Below, piece after piece: positions 41,150 through 51,328 of a stretch of DNA of 64,000 nt (within the stretch, counting starts at the first letter, position 1; each line of letters starts with the position of its first letter). The notes beneath the pieces are model-generated. The model had not been told where the DNA came from. It worked only from the letters and a program-made list of their open reading frames with translations, and ran no database searches. Origin of the DNA: an uncultured Gammaproteobacteria bacterium (GTDB taxonomy: Bacteria > Patescibacteriota > Microgenomatia > Levybacterales > UBA12049); assembly GCA_964571255.1 (NCBI GenBank), contig CAZNAA010000001.1, positions 702,230-766,229 of the forward strand, in the 5' to 3' direction. A program made the position numbers and the translations under genes.

Positions 41150-43543
41150 ATGTTTATTCCTAATTTTTTTGATGCACTGAGTTGGTATACCCTTCTTCTT
41201 TTTATAGGATTATTGTTTTTTCCCATAAGTAATTATTTCTTTTCTTCTTTTTTTGATAGAGGCTTTGCTTTCTCCAAAGTGGTAGGAATGGTTCTTATTA
41301 GTTACAGCATGTATGTATTCGGAACACTCCATTTACTTCCCTTTACACAAATTAGCTTGCTTTTTATTTTACTTTTTTGGGGAGGACTCAGTGTCTACCT
41401 TTTCTTTACTCATACGTTAAAAGTTAAAAAGACTGAAAGAAGACGACTGCTTTGGGTGTTTTTGTTAGAAGAAATCCTATTTCTACTTTGCTTTCTTTCT
41501 TGGCTCTACGTTCGTTCTTTTTCTCCTGATATTCATAGTTTAGAAAAATACATGGATTTTGGGTTTATGAATAGTATTCTCAAATCGACCTACTTTCCTC
41601 CAAAAGATATGTGGTTTGCTCCTTTTGCTATTAACTACTATTATTTTGGGCATTTGGTAACAGCAGTTCTAACCAAGTTGTCTCACTTATCTTCAGGACT
41701 TACCTATAACTTCATGCTCTCCTCAATTGTCGGATTTTGCTTCACTATGGTATTTTCACTGGCCACTACTCTTTTTTCCCGTCTCCCAAAAATACAACTG
41801 AAATATATTCTCCTCACAGGAATACTCGCTGCACTTCTTACCACCTTTGGAGGGAACTTGCATACTCTCTATGCCTTTTTTAAACCATACAACACAGAAA
41901 AACCAGAATTTTTCTTCTCAATCAAAAAAGAAACACAATGGAAATTTAAATCTCTTGAATTCTCTCTTTTTAATCTATGTTTCAACTCACCTTCCTATTA
42001 TGACTCTCAGTCAAAAACTAAAATTATTTGTTCAGATACAGAACAACAACAACGCTTCACCTATCCCAACGCGTATTGGTATCCTAACGCAACTCGGTTT
42101 ATTTATAACACTATTCATGAGTTTCCCATTTATTCCTGGGTTGTTGCAGATTTACACGGTCACGTATTAGATATCCCCTTTGTTTTATTAGTACTAGCTT
42201 TGCTTCTCGCGTTTTTTACTCATCCTGCTTCTCTCCCTTCACTTTCTTTTTCCTCACTTCGCAGTAGTGTCAAAAAAGATCTTTTATATCTAGTAGCTTT
42301 AGGTTGTGGAATTGGAGTACTCTATATGACAAATGCCTGGGACGGAATAATTTATCTCACTCTTACTGAAATTGTGATTGTTATTCGTTTTCTTCTTCCG
42401 TTTAAAACTTCTTGGCTTCGTGAAGGAATGGATAAGTGGAGACAAATTGGACTAGGAACACTTGCCTCAAGTGGAGTTGTTGGAAGTATTTTCTTACTTA
42501 CCTCTCTTCCTTTTTCTTTTCATATTACCCCTCCCGTTTCAGGAATTGGCGTACTGTGCGTACCAGAACCTATTATTCAAAAAGTAATTGAGTTAAATAC
42601 TCCGCTTACCTTACCTGCCCGAGAGAAAATAATTGCAGAAACAAAAATGGGGAGAATTGGCCCATTTGTCCTTGAGAAAAATCACTGCCAACATACCCCG
42701 TTGTGGCAATTTGGCATATTATATGGCCACTTTGCCTTCTTTACTATTGCACTTATTCTTTTCTTGAGAAAAAAGGAAAAAGAAAGATCTGACATATTTA
42801 TCCTTACTCTAGCTGGCTTTTCTACTCTCCTTCTTGTTATTCCTGAGTTTATTTATCTTCGTGATATTTATCCAGATCACTACAGAGCCAATACGATGTT
42901 TAAGCTTGCCTTCCAAGCGTTTATGCTCTTGTCTCTCGTGAGTGGGTATAGTTTTTTAAGAATTCTCTCCTCCACTTCCAAGAAATCTTTTTGGGGAATG
43001 ATGAGAAGAGGTATGTTTCTTTTCTTCAGTATTATTATTTTAACTCTTCTTTTTATCTATCCATACTTTGCCATTACGTCATTCTACGGAAACCTTAGTG
43101 AAACAAATAGAAGAGCAAAAAGTTTGGATGGAACTGTCTATCTTTCTGCTTTGTATCCAACAGATGTTGCAGGAATTCGATTTTTAAACAACGTCGTTAC
43201 TGAACAAAAAATTATTTTAGAAGCACAAGGAGATTCCTATACCGATTATGGCAGAGTTTCAGTTCATACTGGCCTTCCAACAGTATTGGGGTGGTATGTC
43301 CATGAATGGCTATGGAGAGGATCAAGTGACGTACCTGCACCACGGGTAAGTGATATCCAAAGAATCTATGAGACAACAGATGTTCAAGAAGCCAAAACCT
43401 TACTCAATAAATATGACGTGTCATATGTTTTCATTGGGAAATTAGAAAAAGATAAATATCCTCTCTTGTCTGAGGAAAAGTTTACAAAACTAGGAGTACG
43501 GATTTTTCAAAGTGGAGAAACCACTATTTATCAACTACCTTAA
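41150..43543 (+). CDS. DUF2298 / YYY-motif membrane protein (putative glycosyltransferase)
   Basis: EKYMDFGF, INYYYFGH, EFPIYS..DLHGH, NTMFKL, GW..HEWLWR. Confidence 0.85.
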   Translation: MFIPNFFDALSWYTLLLFIGLLFFPISNYFFSSFFDRGFAFSKVVGMVLISYSMYVFGTLHLLPFTQISLLFILLFWGGLSVYLFFTHTLKVKKTERRRLLWVFLLEEILFLLCFLSWLYVRSFSPDIHSLEKYMDFGFMNSILKSTYFPPKDMWFAPFAINYYYFGHLVTAVLTKLSHLSSGLTYNFMLSSIVGFCFTMVFSLATTLFSRLPKIQLKYILLTGILAALLTTFGGNLHTLYAFFKPYNTEKPEFFFSIKKETQWKFKSLEFSLFNLCFNSPSYYDSQSKTKIICSDTEQQQRFTYPNAYWYPNATRFIYNTIHEFPIYSWVVADLHGHVLDIPFVLLVLALLLAFFTHPASLPSLSFSSLRSSVKKDLLYLVALGCGIGVLYMTNAWDGIIYLTLTEIVIVIRFLLPFKTSWLREGMDKWRQIGLGTLASSGVVGSIFLLTSLPFSFHITPPVSGIGVLCVPEPIIQKVIELNTPLTLPAREKIIAETKMGRIGPFVLEKNHCQHTPLWQFGILYGHFAFFTIALILFLRKKEKERSDIFILTLAGFSTLLLVIPEFIYLRDIYPDHYRANTMFKLAFQAFMLLSLVSGYSFLRILSSTSKKSFWGMMRRGMFLFFSIIILTLLFIYPYFAITSFYGNLSETNRRAKSLDGTVYLSALYPTDVAGIRFLNNVVTEQKIILEAQGDSYTDYGRVSVHTGLPTVLGWYVHEWLWRGSSDVPAPRVSDIQRIYETTDVQEAKTLLNKYDVSYVFIGKLEKDKYPLLSEEKFTKLGVRIFQSGETTIYQLP

Positions 43544-44618
43544 TTTCTGTTTGCTTTTTAACGAATGCTTGAATCTCGGTATATATTCCATTTCCTACTT
43601 TTGGAATTAAAACCCATTGATACCCAAACTCCTCACTCAGTGGGGGATTAACAAGAAGTCCCTCTCTCTCTTCATCTCCTGCGTCAATAACAGCACTGGA
43701 AATTTTTCCATGCTGCATTTTTTGAGCCAGACGAATAAAATCATCAAACTCGTCTTGGGAAATATCTGTGTCAATACTGGATTTTACGGTTTCATATAAT
43801 CCCGAAACTTTGAGAGGATTCAAAAGCGTTCCGGCTGAAAAGACTTTTTCCCGTACGGCTTGAATTACTTTCTCTTGTCTTTTTGATCTAGCAAAATCAG
43901 ATCCCTCAACTCCTAGCGCGTGACGGGAGCGAACGAATTTTAAAGCTAGTTCTCCGTTCATGTGTTGTTTTCCTTTAGGAATATATACGTGTTCATATCG
44001 ACAAGGAAATGCGTCTAATTGAGACGAGGCTGTTGCTAAAAGTGGTAACTCTTCCTCTGGCTTTTCGCAGGTATCTGTTTCTTTTCCAGATATTGGGTAT
44101 TCATAATCATCAAGAATTCTCTCTACCTCAACATCAATTCCTCCAAGAAGGTCAATGATTTGAACAAAGCCTGTAAAATCCACCCTCACAGCATAATCTA
44201 TTTTTTGATTCACGACTCTCCCCACTACTGCTTTTACAAGAGGCAAACCTGTTCCTGCTTTTTCATCCTCTCCATTGGCATAGGCTTTATTAATTTTTGA
44301 GTTAATCTCTTTTACCCATAAGTCTCTGGGAAGAGAGACAAGGTGTGCTGTTTGAGAAGCTGAATCAACACTTGCAAAAATGATTGTATCTGTCAGATTT
44401 GGTCCATCATGTTTTCCTCCCCCAATACCCAATAGGAGAATATTAATCTTATTGTTCTCAGCTCGCTTTAACCCAATCTCTTTATGGAAAAGGAGCTGAT
44501 ACAAAACAGGAGCATATCGTATTCCTTCAACAATAAACTTCCCAACAAACACAAGAAAAATTATTCCTACCACGAGAAGCATTTGCTTAGTTTTAGTCAG
44601 GGTTTGGGGCTTATGCAT
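43524..44618 (-). CDS. LCP (LytR-CpsA-Psr) glycopolymer transferase
   Basis: NILLLGI, TDTII, SLPRD, KINKAY, FVRSRH, DFARSKRQ. Confidence 0.92.
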   Translation of the reverse strand: MHKPQTLTKTKQMLLVVGIIFLVFVGKFIVEGIRYAPVLYQLLFHKEIGLKRAENNKINILLLGIGGGKHDGPNLTDTIIFASVDSASQTAHLVSLPRDLWVKEINSKINKAYANGEDEKAGTGLPLVKAVVGRVVNQKIDYAVRVDFTGFVQIIDLLGGIDVEVERILDDYEYPISGKETDTCEKPEEELPLLATASSQLDAFPCRYEHVYIPKGKQHMNGELALKFVRSRHALGVEGSDFARSKRQEKVIQAVREKVFSAGTLLNPLKVSGLYETVKSSIDTDISQDEFDDFIRLAQKMQHGKISSAVIDAGDEEREGLLVNPPLSEEFGYQWVLIPKVGNGIYTEIQAFVKKQTEIKVVDK

Positions 44619-44622
44619 ACTG

Positions 44623-45282
44623 TTACGTTATCGCTTCTAAAAGAGAGAGAGTTGTTTCTACTTCAATACTCGCAGTCCCCACCAAAACCCCTGACAGAAC
44701 AGAAGAGGAGAGATACTTCATGATATTTTTTGACTCCACACTTCCTCCGTATAGTACTTCTACTCCTGGTTTTTTTTCTTTTATCTCTCGTGCTACGCGC
44801 TCTGTTTCTTCAATATTTTCTGCCTCTCCTGTCCCAATTGAGCTAGGTGGTTCATAGGCAACTACATTCACTCCTGAAGGAATGGGAGTTGATTCTGATT
44901 GGACACAAAAAAGTGGAGCAAGATGGGAGTTGAGTGCCATCTCAACTTTTTTCTCTAAAACATCTGGTGTTTCTGATAGGTATTGACGTCTTTCACTATG
45001 TCCAATAAGCGCGTACTGAGCAAACTCTTTAACAAGAGAGGCGGGAACTTCACCAGTATAGGACCCTTCAGAAAGTGAGGAGACGTCCTGGCTTGAGAGA
45101 AGAAAAGGAAGACCCTTTTTTTGTACGTATTCTGAACAAAAAGATAAAAGAGTATAGGGGACTGCGAGAACGTAAAAGTAATTTGAAGAAAAAGAAGTTT
45201 GAGAGAGTGCATCAAGCCACTCTTTCGCTTCCATGGTGGTTTTTCGAGCTTTCCAATTAAGCACTATTAGTGAGTTTTTCAT
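44623..45282 (-). CDS. tpiA: Triosephosphate isomerase
   Basis: NWK, GHSERR, AYEP, LYGGSV. Confidence 0.9.
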   Translation of the reverse strand: MKNSLIVLNWKARKTTMEAKEWLDALSQTSFSSNYFYVLAVPYTLLSFCSEYVQKKGLPFLLSSQDVSSLSEGSYTGEVPASLVKEFAQYALIGHSERRQYLSETPDVLEKKVEMALNSHLAPLFCVQSESTPIPSGVNVVAYEPPSSIGTGEAENIEETERVAREIKEKKPGVEVLYGGSVESKNIMKYLSSSVLSGVLVGTASIEVETTLSLLEAIT

Positions 45283-45318
45283 ATGCTAGAATAGTATGAC
45301 TATTACAGAGTATACTCT

Positions 45319-47145
45319 ATGCCAGAACAACTGCTCAAGTCTTTAAATCCTCAACAACAAGAAGCTGTTATCAACTCAGTAGGTCCCTCCATTATTTTAG
45401 CAGGAGCAGGCAGTGGAAAAACAAGAGTTTTGACTTATAAGGTACTCTATCTTGTTCTGGAAAAGCAGATCGATCCATCAGAGATATTGATGGTCACGTT
45501 CACAAATAAAGCAGCTGGAGAGATGAAGGAGAGAATTCAAACTTTTTTTGGAGAGTACCGCATTGGATCCCTTCCTCTGGTTACTACCTTTCATTCTCTT
45601 GGAGCTCGCCTTCTCAGACGTCATCCTGACAGAGTGGGTTTATCAACGGATTTTACGATTTATGATTCGACTGATCAGATTGACGCCATAAAAGAAGTGA
45701 TGCATAGCTTAGGTATTTCTCCAAAAGACGTAAAACCTAGTGCAGCACTCGGGACTATCTCCAATGCAAAAAATGAGCTGCTCTCCCCTGATCTCTATGC
45801 AAGTTTTTCTCGTGGACAATTTCAAGTTGCTGTTTCTAAAATCTATACTGCCTATCAAAAGCTATTGCAACAAAATAATGCAGTTGATTTTGACGACTTA
45901 GTCTTAAAAGGCGTCATGCTTTTAAAAGAAAATCCTGATTTAGCCCAGAAATATCAACAAACCTTTCAATATATTTTAATTGATGAGTATCAAGATACAA
46001 ATAAACCTCAATATGAATTTACCAAACTTCTCTCAAAACAAGCAAAGCATATTTGCGTGGTTGGAGACTTCTCTCAAAGTATCTATTCCTGGAGAGGAGC
46101 AGATTTTCAAAATCTCAAACGGTTTGAAGTGGATTTTCCTGGAACCAAAACCTTTTCTCTTTCCCAAAATTACCGATCAACTCAAACCATACTTGACGGA
46201 GCAACAGCTGTGATCAAAAAGAACACACTCCACCCAGTGTTGAAACTATGGACAGAAAATCCTCAAGGAGAATCTATTGAAGTCTATGAAGCAAAATCAG
46301 AACAAGATGAAGCGGACTTTATTATTCAGAAACTAATAGAGCGGGGAGTGAGTAAATTAGCAGACAACGCCGTACTCTATCGAACCAATGCCCAGTCTCG
46401 AGTGATCGAAGAAGCTTTTCTGCATCATGGAATTCCCTATACCCTTATTGGCGGAACGCGGTTTTATGAAAGAAAAGAGGTAAAAGATGTTTTGTCTTAT
46501 CTTCGACTCGTTGCTAATCCTACAGATTCTGTTTCAAAAACACGAGCTGAAAAATTAGGGAAAGGAAGATTTAGTGCTTTTGAAGAATTTCTCTCTACCA
46601 AGTCAGCTGAAGAGCGAGAAAAAACGATTGATTTACTTGATCAAATTCTTGAAAAAACTAACTATCTTTCTCTGTACAACGAAGAAGATCCAGAAGATAT
46701 GGCCCGACTTGAAAACATTAAAGAATTACGATCTGTTGCCTATAGCTTTCCTGATCTCATTGAGTTTTTAGAAAATGTTGCCTTAGTTGAGAAAGAGTAT
46801 TCAACTGAGGACGAGAAAGCCACTAAAAACACGGTTACGCTTATGACGCTTCATGCAGCCAAAGGATTAGAATTTCCTGTTATTTTTATGGTTGGCATGG
46901 AGGAGGGGATTTTTCCTCATAGTAGATCGCTTATGGATAAGCATGAATTGGAAGAAGAAAGAAGACTTTGTTATGTTGGAATTACAAGAGCTCGGGAAAA
47001 GCTCTATTTGACCTATGCTAAAAAAAGACTTTTTTTCGGACAAAGAACTGCAGGAGTCATGAGCCGCTTCCTTTTCGATTTGCCAGAAGAAGCTCTTTTA
47101 CAGCATACTAGTACTAGTTCCTATTTTGATCCTTATGACGTTTAG
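45319..47145 (+). CDS. pcrA: UvrD/PcrA DNA helicase
   Basis: AGAGSGKT, DEYQD, QNYRST, TLHAAKGLEF, EERRLCYVGITRA. Confidence 0.92.
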   Translation: MPEQLLKSLNPQQQEAVINSVGPSIILAGAGSGKTRVLTYKVLYLVLEKQIDPSEILMVTFTNKAAGEMKERIQTFFGEYRIGSLPLVTTFHSLGARLLRRHPDRVGLSTDFTIYDSTDQIDAIKEVMHSLGISPKDVKPSAALGTISNAKNELLSPDLYASFSRGQFQVAVSKIYTAYQKLLQQNNAVDFDDLVLKGVMLLKENPDLAQKYQQTFQYILIDEYQDTNKPQYEFTKLLSKQAKHICVVGDFSQSIYSWRGADFQNLKRFEVDFPGTKTFSLSQNYRSTQTILDGATAVIKKNTLHPVLKLWTENPQGESIEVYEAKSEQDEADFIIQKLIERGVSKLADNAVLYRTNAQSRVIEEAFLHHGIPYTLIGGTRFYERKEVKDVLSYLRLVANPTDSVSKTRAEKLGKGRFSAFEEFLSTKSAEEREKTIDLLDQILEKTNYLSLYNEEDPEDMARLENIKELRSVAYSFPDLIEFLENVALVEKEYSTEDEKATKNTVTLMTLHAAKGLEFPVIFMVGMEEGIFPHSRSLMDKHELEEERRLCYVGITRAREKLYLTYAKKRLFFGQRTAGVMSRFLFDLPEEALLQHTSTSSYFDPYDV

Positions 47146-48160
47146 AGATGTAACAGATGCTGATTTTGAGTTATTTAACTCCCTCGCACTTCACCCTATG
47201 CAAACTATTGAGTGGGGAGAGTTTCGCAGAAAAACTGGAGTAACAGTTATGCGAAGAATAGGGGAGGAGAATGGGAAAGCCGTTTTAGCTTATCAAATGA
47301 CTATTCATCCCCTTCCCCTTTCTCTTTTTACCATTGGGTATGTTCCAAAAACAGAGTATCCTAGTGAAGAAATGCTTCAGGACTTAAAGGAAGTAGGGGA
47401 GAGAGCAAAGTGTATCTATGTTCAACTAGAGCCACAAAGCACCAAGTCTGCTGATACCCTTCTTACTAGATCTGATATCAGTCTTTCTCATCACCCTCTT
47501 TTCACCCAAACAACCTTTTTCCTTGATCTAACTCATTCTGAGAAAGAACTACTAGAGGCTATGCACCAAAAAACCAGATACAACATTTCCGTTGCAGAAA
47601 AGAACAAGGTTGAAGTGAAAGAGGATAACTCAGAAGAAGCATTTCTTACGTATCTTCGCCTTACCGAAGAAACAGCTAAGCGGCAAGGATTTTTCGCACA
47701 CTCTCCTCTCTATCACAGACTGCAATGGGAAACACTGAAGCATGTAAGAAAAAGTCCACAAGACTTCACAACTCACCTACTTCTTGCTTCCTATACTCCA
47801 CCAAACAGTCATCCTATTCCTTTAGCTGCCTGGATTGTTTTTCTTTTTAAAGATACACTTTACTATCCCTATGGGGCATCAAGTGAGTTATATCGAGAAA
47901 CAATGGCCTCAACCAAAATGATGTGGGAGGTAATCATGTTTGGGAAAAAACATCAAGCCCAATCTCTTGATATGTGGGGAGCAGCAAAAAAAGAAGAACC
48001 AGATCCATCTGATCCGTACTCAGGATTTCATCGGTTCAAGAAAAACTTCGGAGCTAGATTTACGCAGCTTACTCCAAGTATTGATCTGATTATTTCACCA
48101 ACTTTGTATCGACTTTTTATTCTTGTTAACACACTTCGATGGAGAATCTTGAAAAGATAA
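47135..48160 (+). CDS. FemABX-family peptidoglycan bridge aminoacyltransferase
   Basis: HPMQT.EWG.FR, KTRYNI, YPYGAS, GFHRFKKNFG. Confidence 0.88.
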   Translation: MTFRDVTDADFELFNSLALHPMQTIEWGEFRRKTGVTVMRRIGEENGKAVLAYQMTIHPLPLSLFTIGYVPKTEYPSEEMLQDLKEVGERAKCIYVQLEPQSTKSADTLLTRSDISLSHHPLFTQTTFFLDLTHSEKELLEAMHQKTRYNISVAEKNKVEVKEDNSEEAFLTYLRLTEETAKRQGFFAHSPLYHRLQWETLKHVRKSPQDFTTHLLLASYTPPNSHPIPLAAWIVFLFKDTLYYPYGASSELYRETMASTKMMWEVIMFGKKHQAQSLDMWGAAKKEEPDPSDPYSGFHRFKKNFGARFTQLTPSIDLIISPTLYRLFILVNTLRWRILKR

Positions 48161-49764
48161 TGAAAAAGCTGTTTTCTTCCTTTTCCAAACTCCCTCTCTC
48201 CTACCTTCTCACCATTCTTATAGGTATAGGATTTTTTACTTATCTCAATATTCTGCCCAATGAGCTTTTTTATGATGATGAGTTCTTTATTTATAATAAT
48301 GAGTATGTTAAATCATTTGACTTGATCAAATACTTTACTGAAAATGTTGATGCAGGAGGAGGGATAGTAAGTAACTATTATCGCCCACTCCTTCTCACTC
48401 TTTTTGGACTCTCTTACCAAATAGCGGGAGACTCTGGATGGATCTATCATCTTCTTAGTCTTTCCTTTCACCTCACAGCAGGAGTTGGGATTTTTTTTGT
48501 TTTATATCGTTTATTTCCAAGAAGTGTTGCCTTTCTTACCTCTCTTCTTTTTCTTATTCACCCTATCCAAACCGAATCTATTTCTTATGCATCAGGTATT
48601 AGTGACCCGCTATATGTAACCTGTATTGCACTTACCCTTCTTTCTTTTCTCAAAAACACTACATGGAGCCGTTATACCACGCCTTTATTTTTCCTACTTG
48701 CTCTTCTTTCCAAAGAAGCAGCACTCATCAGCTTAGGGCTTATGCCACTTTGTCTTTGGCTGCAGGAAGGGAAAAAAATTCAGAAAACATATAAAAACTA
48801 TTTGACCCCCTATATACTTAGTGTTCTTATTTTCTTTTTTTACGGAACTCTTCGCTTAACGGTATTGAATTTTGAAAACACGTTAAACTTCTTAAATGAT
48901 AATTCTCTTTATGCTACTAATGTTTTTGTTCGCCTCTTTACCTTTCTTTCCATTCTTCCAACCTATCTAGGCTTACTACTTTTTCCACATACTTTGTATA
49001 TTGAACGAGTTGCTCAGGTTGTTTTGACTCCTACTATTTTGGAACTAGGAGTAGTTATGGGGATTCTTGCAGTCATTCTTATTAGTATTCGGTCAAAAAT
49101 TCTTTTTTTTGGCATCATGTGGTTTTTTATCAGTATTATCCCCGCTAGTGGAATTACTCCCATTAATGGAATTATCTATGAACATTTCCTCTATCTACCT
49201 TCTGTGGGAATTTTCTTTCTTTTTTCCTACGGAGCGTATTGGCTCATACTACAAGTAAAAAACGACATAACCAGGGTATTCATTCTTGGAATACTCCTCT
49301 TGCTTTGCCTAACCTTTATCACTCGTACGATGATTCGAAATACCGAGTGGAATAATCCTTTAGTGTTTTACTCACACCTTCTGGCCCATAATCCTCAAAG
49401 TGTTCGGGCCTTAAATAATTACGGCATGGCACTTGCTAAAAATGGAGAGCAAAAAGAAGCAATTAGGTACTATGAGAGGGCTATTTCTCTACCTAATGGA
49501 TATCCTCAAATCTATTTTAATTTAGGAAATTCTTACTATGCCATAGGCGATCTGACAAAAGCAGAAACAGCGTATATACAGGCAGTAGAAAATTCAGAAG
49601 AGTTCTATAGAGCATATCAAAATCTGTATACTCTTTATCTTGCCTCTGGAGAAAAAGAGAAAGCCAATACCCTTCTTGAGAAAATAAAAGAAAAAGGAAA
49701 AACAAATCAACAGTTTACTCTTTTATATGAATATCTTTCTTCTGTCTCTGAGGAAAAAAGATAA
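48160..49764 (+). CDS. TMTC-like GT-C glycosyltransferase with C-terminal TPRs
   Basis: YDD motif, YYRPL, HPIQTESI, LLSKE, EHFLYLPS, TPR repeats. Confidence 0.85.
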   Translation: MKKLFSSFSKLPLSYLLTILIGIGFFTYLNILPNELFYDDEFFIYNNEYVKSFDLIKYFTENVDAGGGIVSNYYRPLLLTLFGLSYQIAGDSGWIYHLLSLSFHLTAGVGIFFVLYRLFPRSVAFLTSLLFLIHPIQTESISYASGISDPLYVTCIALTLLSFLKNTTWSRYTTPLFFLLALLSKEAALISLGLMPLCLWLQEGKKIQKTYKNYLTPYILSVLIFFFYGTLRLTVLNFENTLNFLNDNSLYATNVFVRLFTFLSILPTYLGLLLFPHTLYIERVAQVVLTPTILELGVVMGILAVILISIRSKILFFGIMWFFISIIPASGITPINGIIYEHFLYLPSVGIFFLFSYGAYWLILQVKNDITRVFILGILLLLCLTFITRTMIRNTEWNNPLVFYSHLLAHNPQSVRALNNYGMALAKNGEQKEAIRYYERAISLPNGYPQIYFNLGNSYYAIGDLTKAETAYIQAVENSEEFYRAYQNLYTLYLASGEKEKANTLLEKIKEKGKTNQQFTLLYEYLSSVSEEKR

Positions 49765-50361
49765 TTACTTTTTCTTCAGGGGGGTTGGAGTTTTTTTCGT
49801 GGATGCTTTTACAGCTTCTTTTTTCTTTTTAGAAACTTCATAGACAAAGAGTTTGTGGGCTTTATTTTCAGCAATAATGGGGAAGTAGGGGATAGGGTAG
49901 CGATAACTAATAACTCGTGTCCCCTCTTTTAGTTCTTTTTCTAATTTGGGTTGTAATTTTAATAACGCTCGGGGGACTAAGTAAGTATACACAACAGTAG
50001 CAGGGGAAAGATCAACCTCATGAAAATTCTTTTTAATAATCGTTATTTTGTCTCCTGTCTTTTCTTTCCAGTTGAGAATTCGAGATTGAGTAACACGTAG
50101 GGGATCTACTTCAATACCAACACTTCTGACTCCAAACTCTTTGGCAAGAGTTCTTAAGTTTTCTCCATCACCTGATCCCAACTCGTAGACTAAATCCTTA
50201 TTCGTAATCTTTCCTACTTTTTTAATAGCTCGAGCAACTTTTGCATCTGTTTTCCACCACGGCGCCCAAGGTGAATCTGGAGGCCAGAACCATGAGAGGA
50301 GATAAAAAAGAAAGATAATAATAAGAAGAACAATAATCTCAGAAAGAATAAACCAAATCAC
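49765..50361 (-). CDS. Membrane-anchored SAM-dependent methyltransferase
   Basis: APWWKT, ELGSGDG, GIEVD. Confidence 0.85.
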   Translation of the reverse strand: MIWFILSEIIVLLIIIFLFYLLSWFWPPDSPWAPWWKTDAKVARAIKKVGKITNKDLVYELGSGDGENLRTLAKEFGVRSVGIEVDPLRVTQSRILNWKEKTGDKITIIKKNFHEVDLSPATVVYTYLVPRALLKLQPKLEKELKEGTRVISYRYPIPYFPIIAENKAHKLFVYEVSKKKKEAVKASTKKTPTPLKKK

Positions 50362-50416
50362 GTGTATTATCGTAGCAGAAATAAAAAAGAAGGTATAGAG
50401 AAAAGGTAAGTGGTTT

Positions 50417-50515
50417 AGTGCCGGGGAGAGGAAGAGACGAGGTATTCGGCTTGTTAGCGCTCAACGCGCTTAGCCGATGTACCATCATCTTTTTTCTTCC
50501 TTCTCCCCAGGCACT
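50417..50515. ncRNA. Long imperfect hairpin at cassette 3' end, copy 1
   Basis: AGTGCC/GGCACT, GGGGAGA/TCTCCCC, GGAAG/CTTCC, TCGGCT/AGCCGA, AGCGC/GCGCT; covaries with copy 2. Confidence 0.65.
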
Positions 50516-50525
50516 TGAGCTCTTG

Positions 50526-50996
50526 CTATCGCGGGTTTGGGTTCCAGATCACTCCACTTTGGAGAAGTGCAAGAGGAGTCGTTCCTTCACTCATCTCCAC
50601 GTAGGTCTGGATTATTGCACCATGGGGGATATTCTTCCCTTTCGGGTCAAAGTGGCACTTGAGACGTGCCACAGTCGACGGCGAGGAGCAGACTGGCCAT
50701 TTGACTCCACCAAACTCAACCCAGATACTTATGCTTCGTTCAAACGAAGGACCAGTGACTACTACTTCAATTTCCACCAATCCCTCGGCGTTTTCCCGGG
50801 GGAGTCCATCAAATTTGATGAAGTCCTCCGACGTGTTTGAAGGAGTGGATGGGCGAGTAGGTACTGGTTTTGGTCGAGCCTGACTCGAGCGTGGGAGGTT
50901 GTCCCACGCCAAAGCAACGAAGATAAGAAGACCTACGAGTGCTACGGCAAAAGAACGCCATCCTGTCTGTTGTCGGTTACGTGATCGTTTGACCAT
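50526..50996 (-). CDS. Cassette cargo A1: single-TM protein with 2-Cys beta-rich domain
   Basis: SD GGAGGTG; basic N-terminus and TM; C.FDP....IP.G..I motif shared with 53002..53448. Confidence 0.75.
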   Translation of the reverse strand: MVKRSRNRQQTGWRSFAVALVGLLIFVALAWDNLPRSSQARPKPVPTRPSTPSNTSEDFIKFDGLPRENAEGLVEIEVVVTGPSFERSISIWVEFGGVKWPVCSSPSTVARLKCHFDPKGKNIPHGAIIQTYVEMSEGTTPLALLQSGVIWNPNPR

Positions 50997-51079
50997 GACT
51001 CACCTCCGTGTAAACAGATATCTCCACACCTTCCGGGACATCCGAAAGGTGAGTAGACTCGAGTGAGGGAGCAGAGATA

Positions 51080-51328
51080 CTAGAAAGTCAGGTACTGAAT
51101 CCTCGTCACTCCAGATGTTTCTCGAACCTGAGCCAGATAACTACTGATCTGGTCCGGAGTAACACCTCGATAGAGCGTTGAGAAGAGATATCGTCCCTCC
51201 TCAAGCTCAACAGGATTTCCCGCTACGGCGTTAGACGCCGGTGCTGCCGAGAAAGGAGGAAGCGTTGTATTATAGCTTCCATCCGGAAGCTTCTTCCTCG
51301 TCACTTCCACTGCAATGAGATAGTTCAT
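51080..51328 (-). CDS. Cassette cargo B1: small cytoplasmic protein (82 aa)
   Basis: SD GGAGGA; positional counterpart at 53534..53758. Confidence 0.7.
   Translation of the reverse strand: MNYLIAVEVTRKKLPDGSYNTTLPPFSAAPASNAVAGNPVELEEGRYLFSTLYRGVTPDQISSYLAQVRETSGVTRIQYLTF

Noticed and set aside
50417-50515. Integron attC site
   Set aside because: No RYYYAAC/GTTRRRY core sites at the stem ends, no integrase in the window, and each unit has its own promoter.
50418-50840. Plus-strand 140-aa ORF starting in the conserved hairpin
   Set aside because: It is antisense to cargo A1, and the equivalent frame in copy 2 stops after about 40 codons. Two of three substitutions are synonymous in this frame, but base-pair covariation explains the conservation better. 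Not fully excluded.
50997-51079. Hammerhead ribozyme, SRP RNA or tRNA in the scaffold
   Set aside because: No CUGAUGA/GAAA core, SRP loop motif or T-loop recognised by eye; an Infernal search would be needed to exclude other classes.
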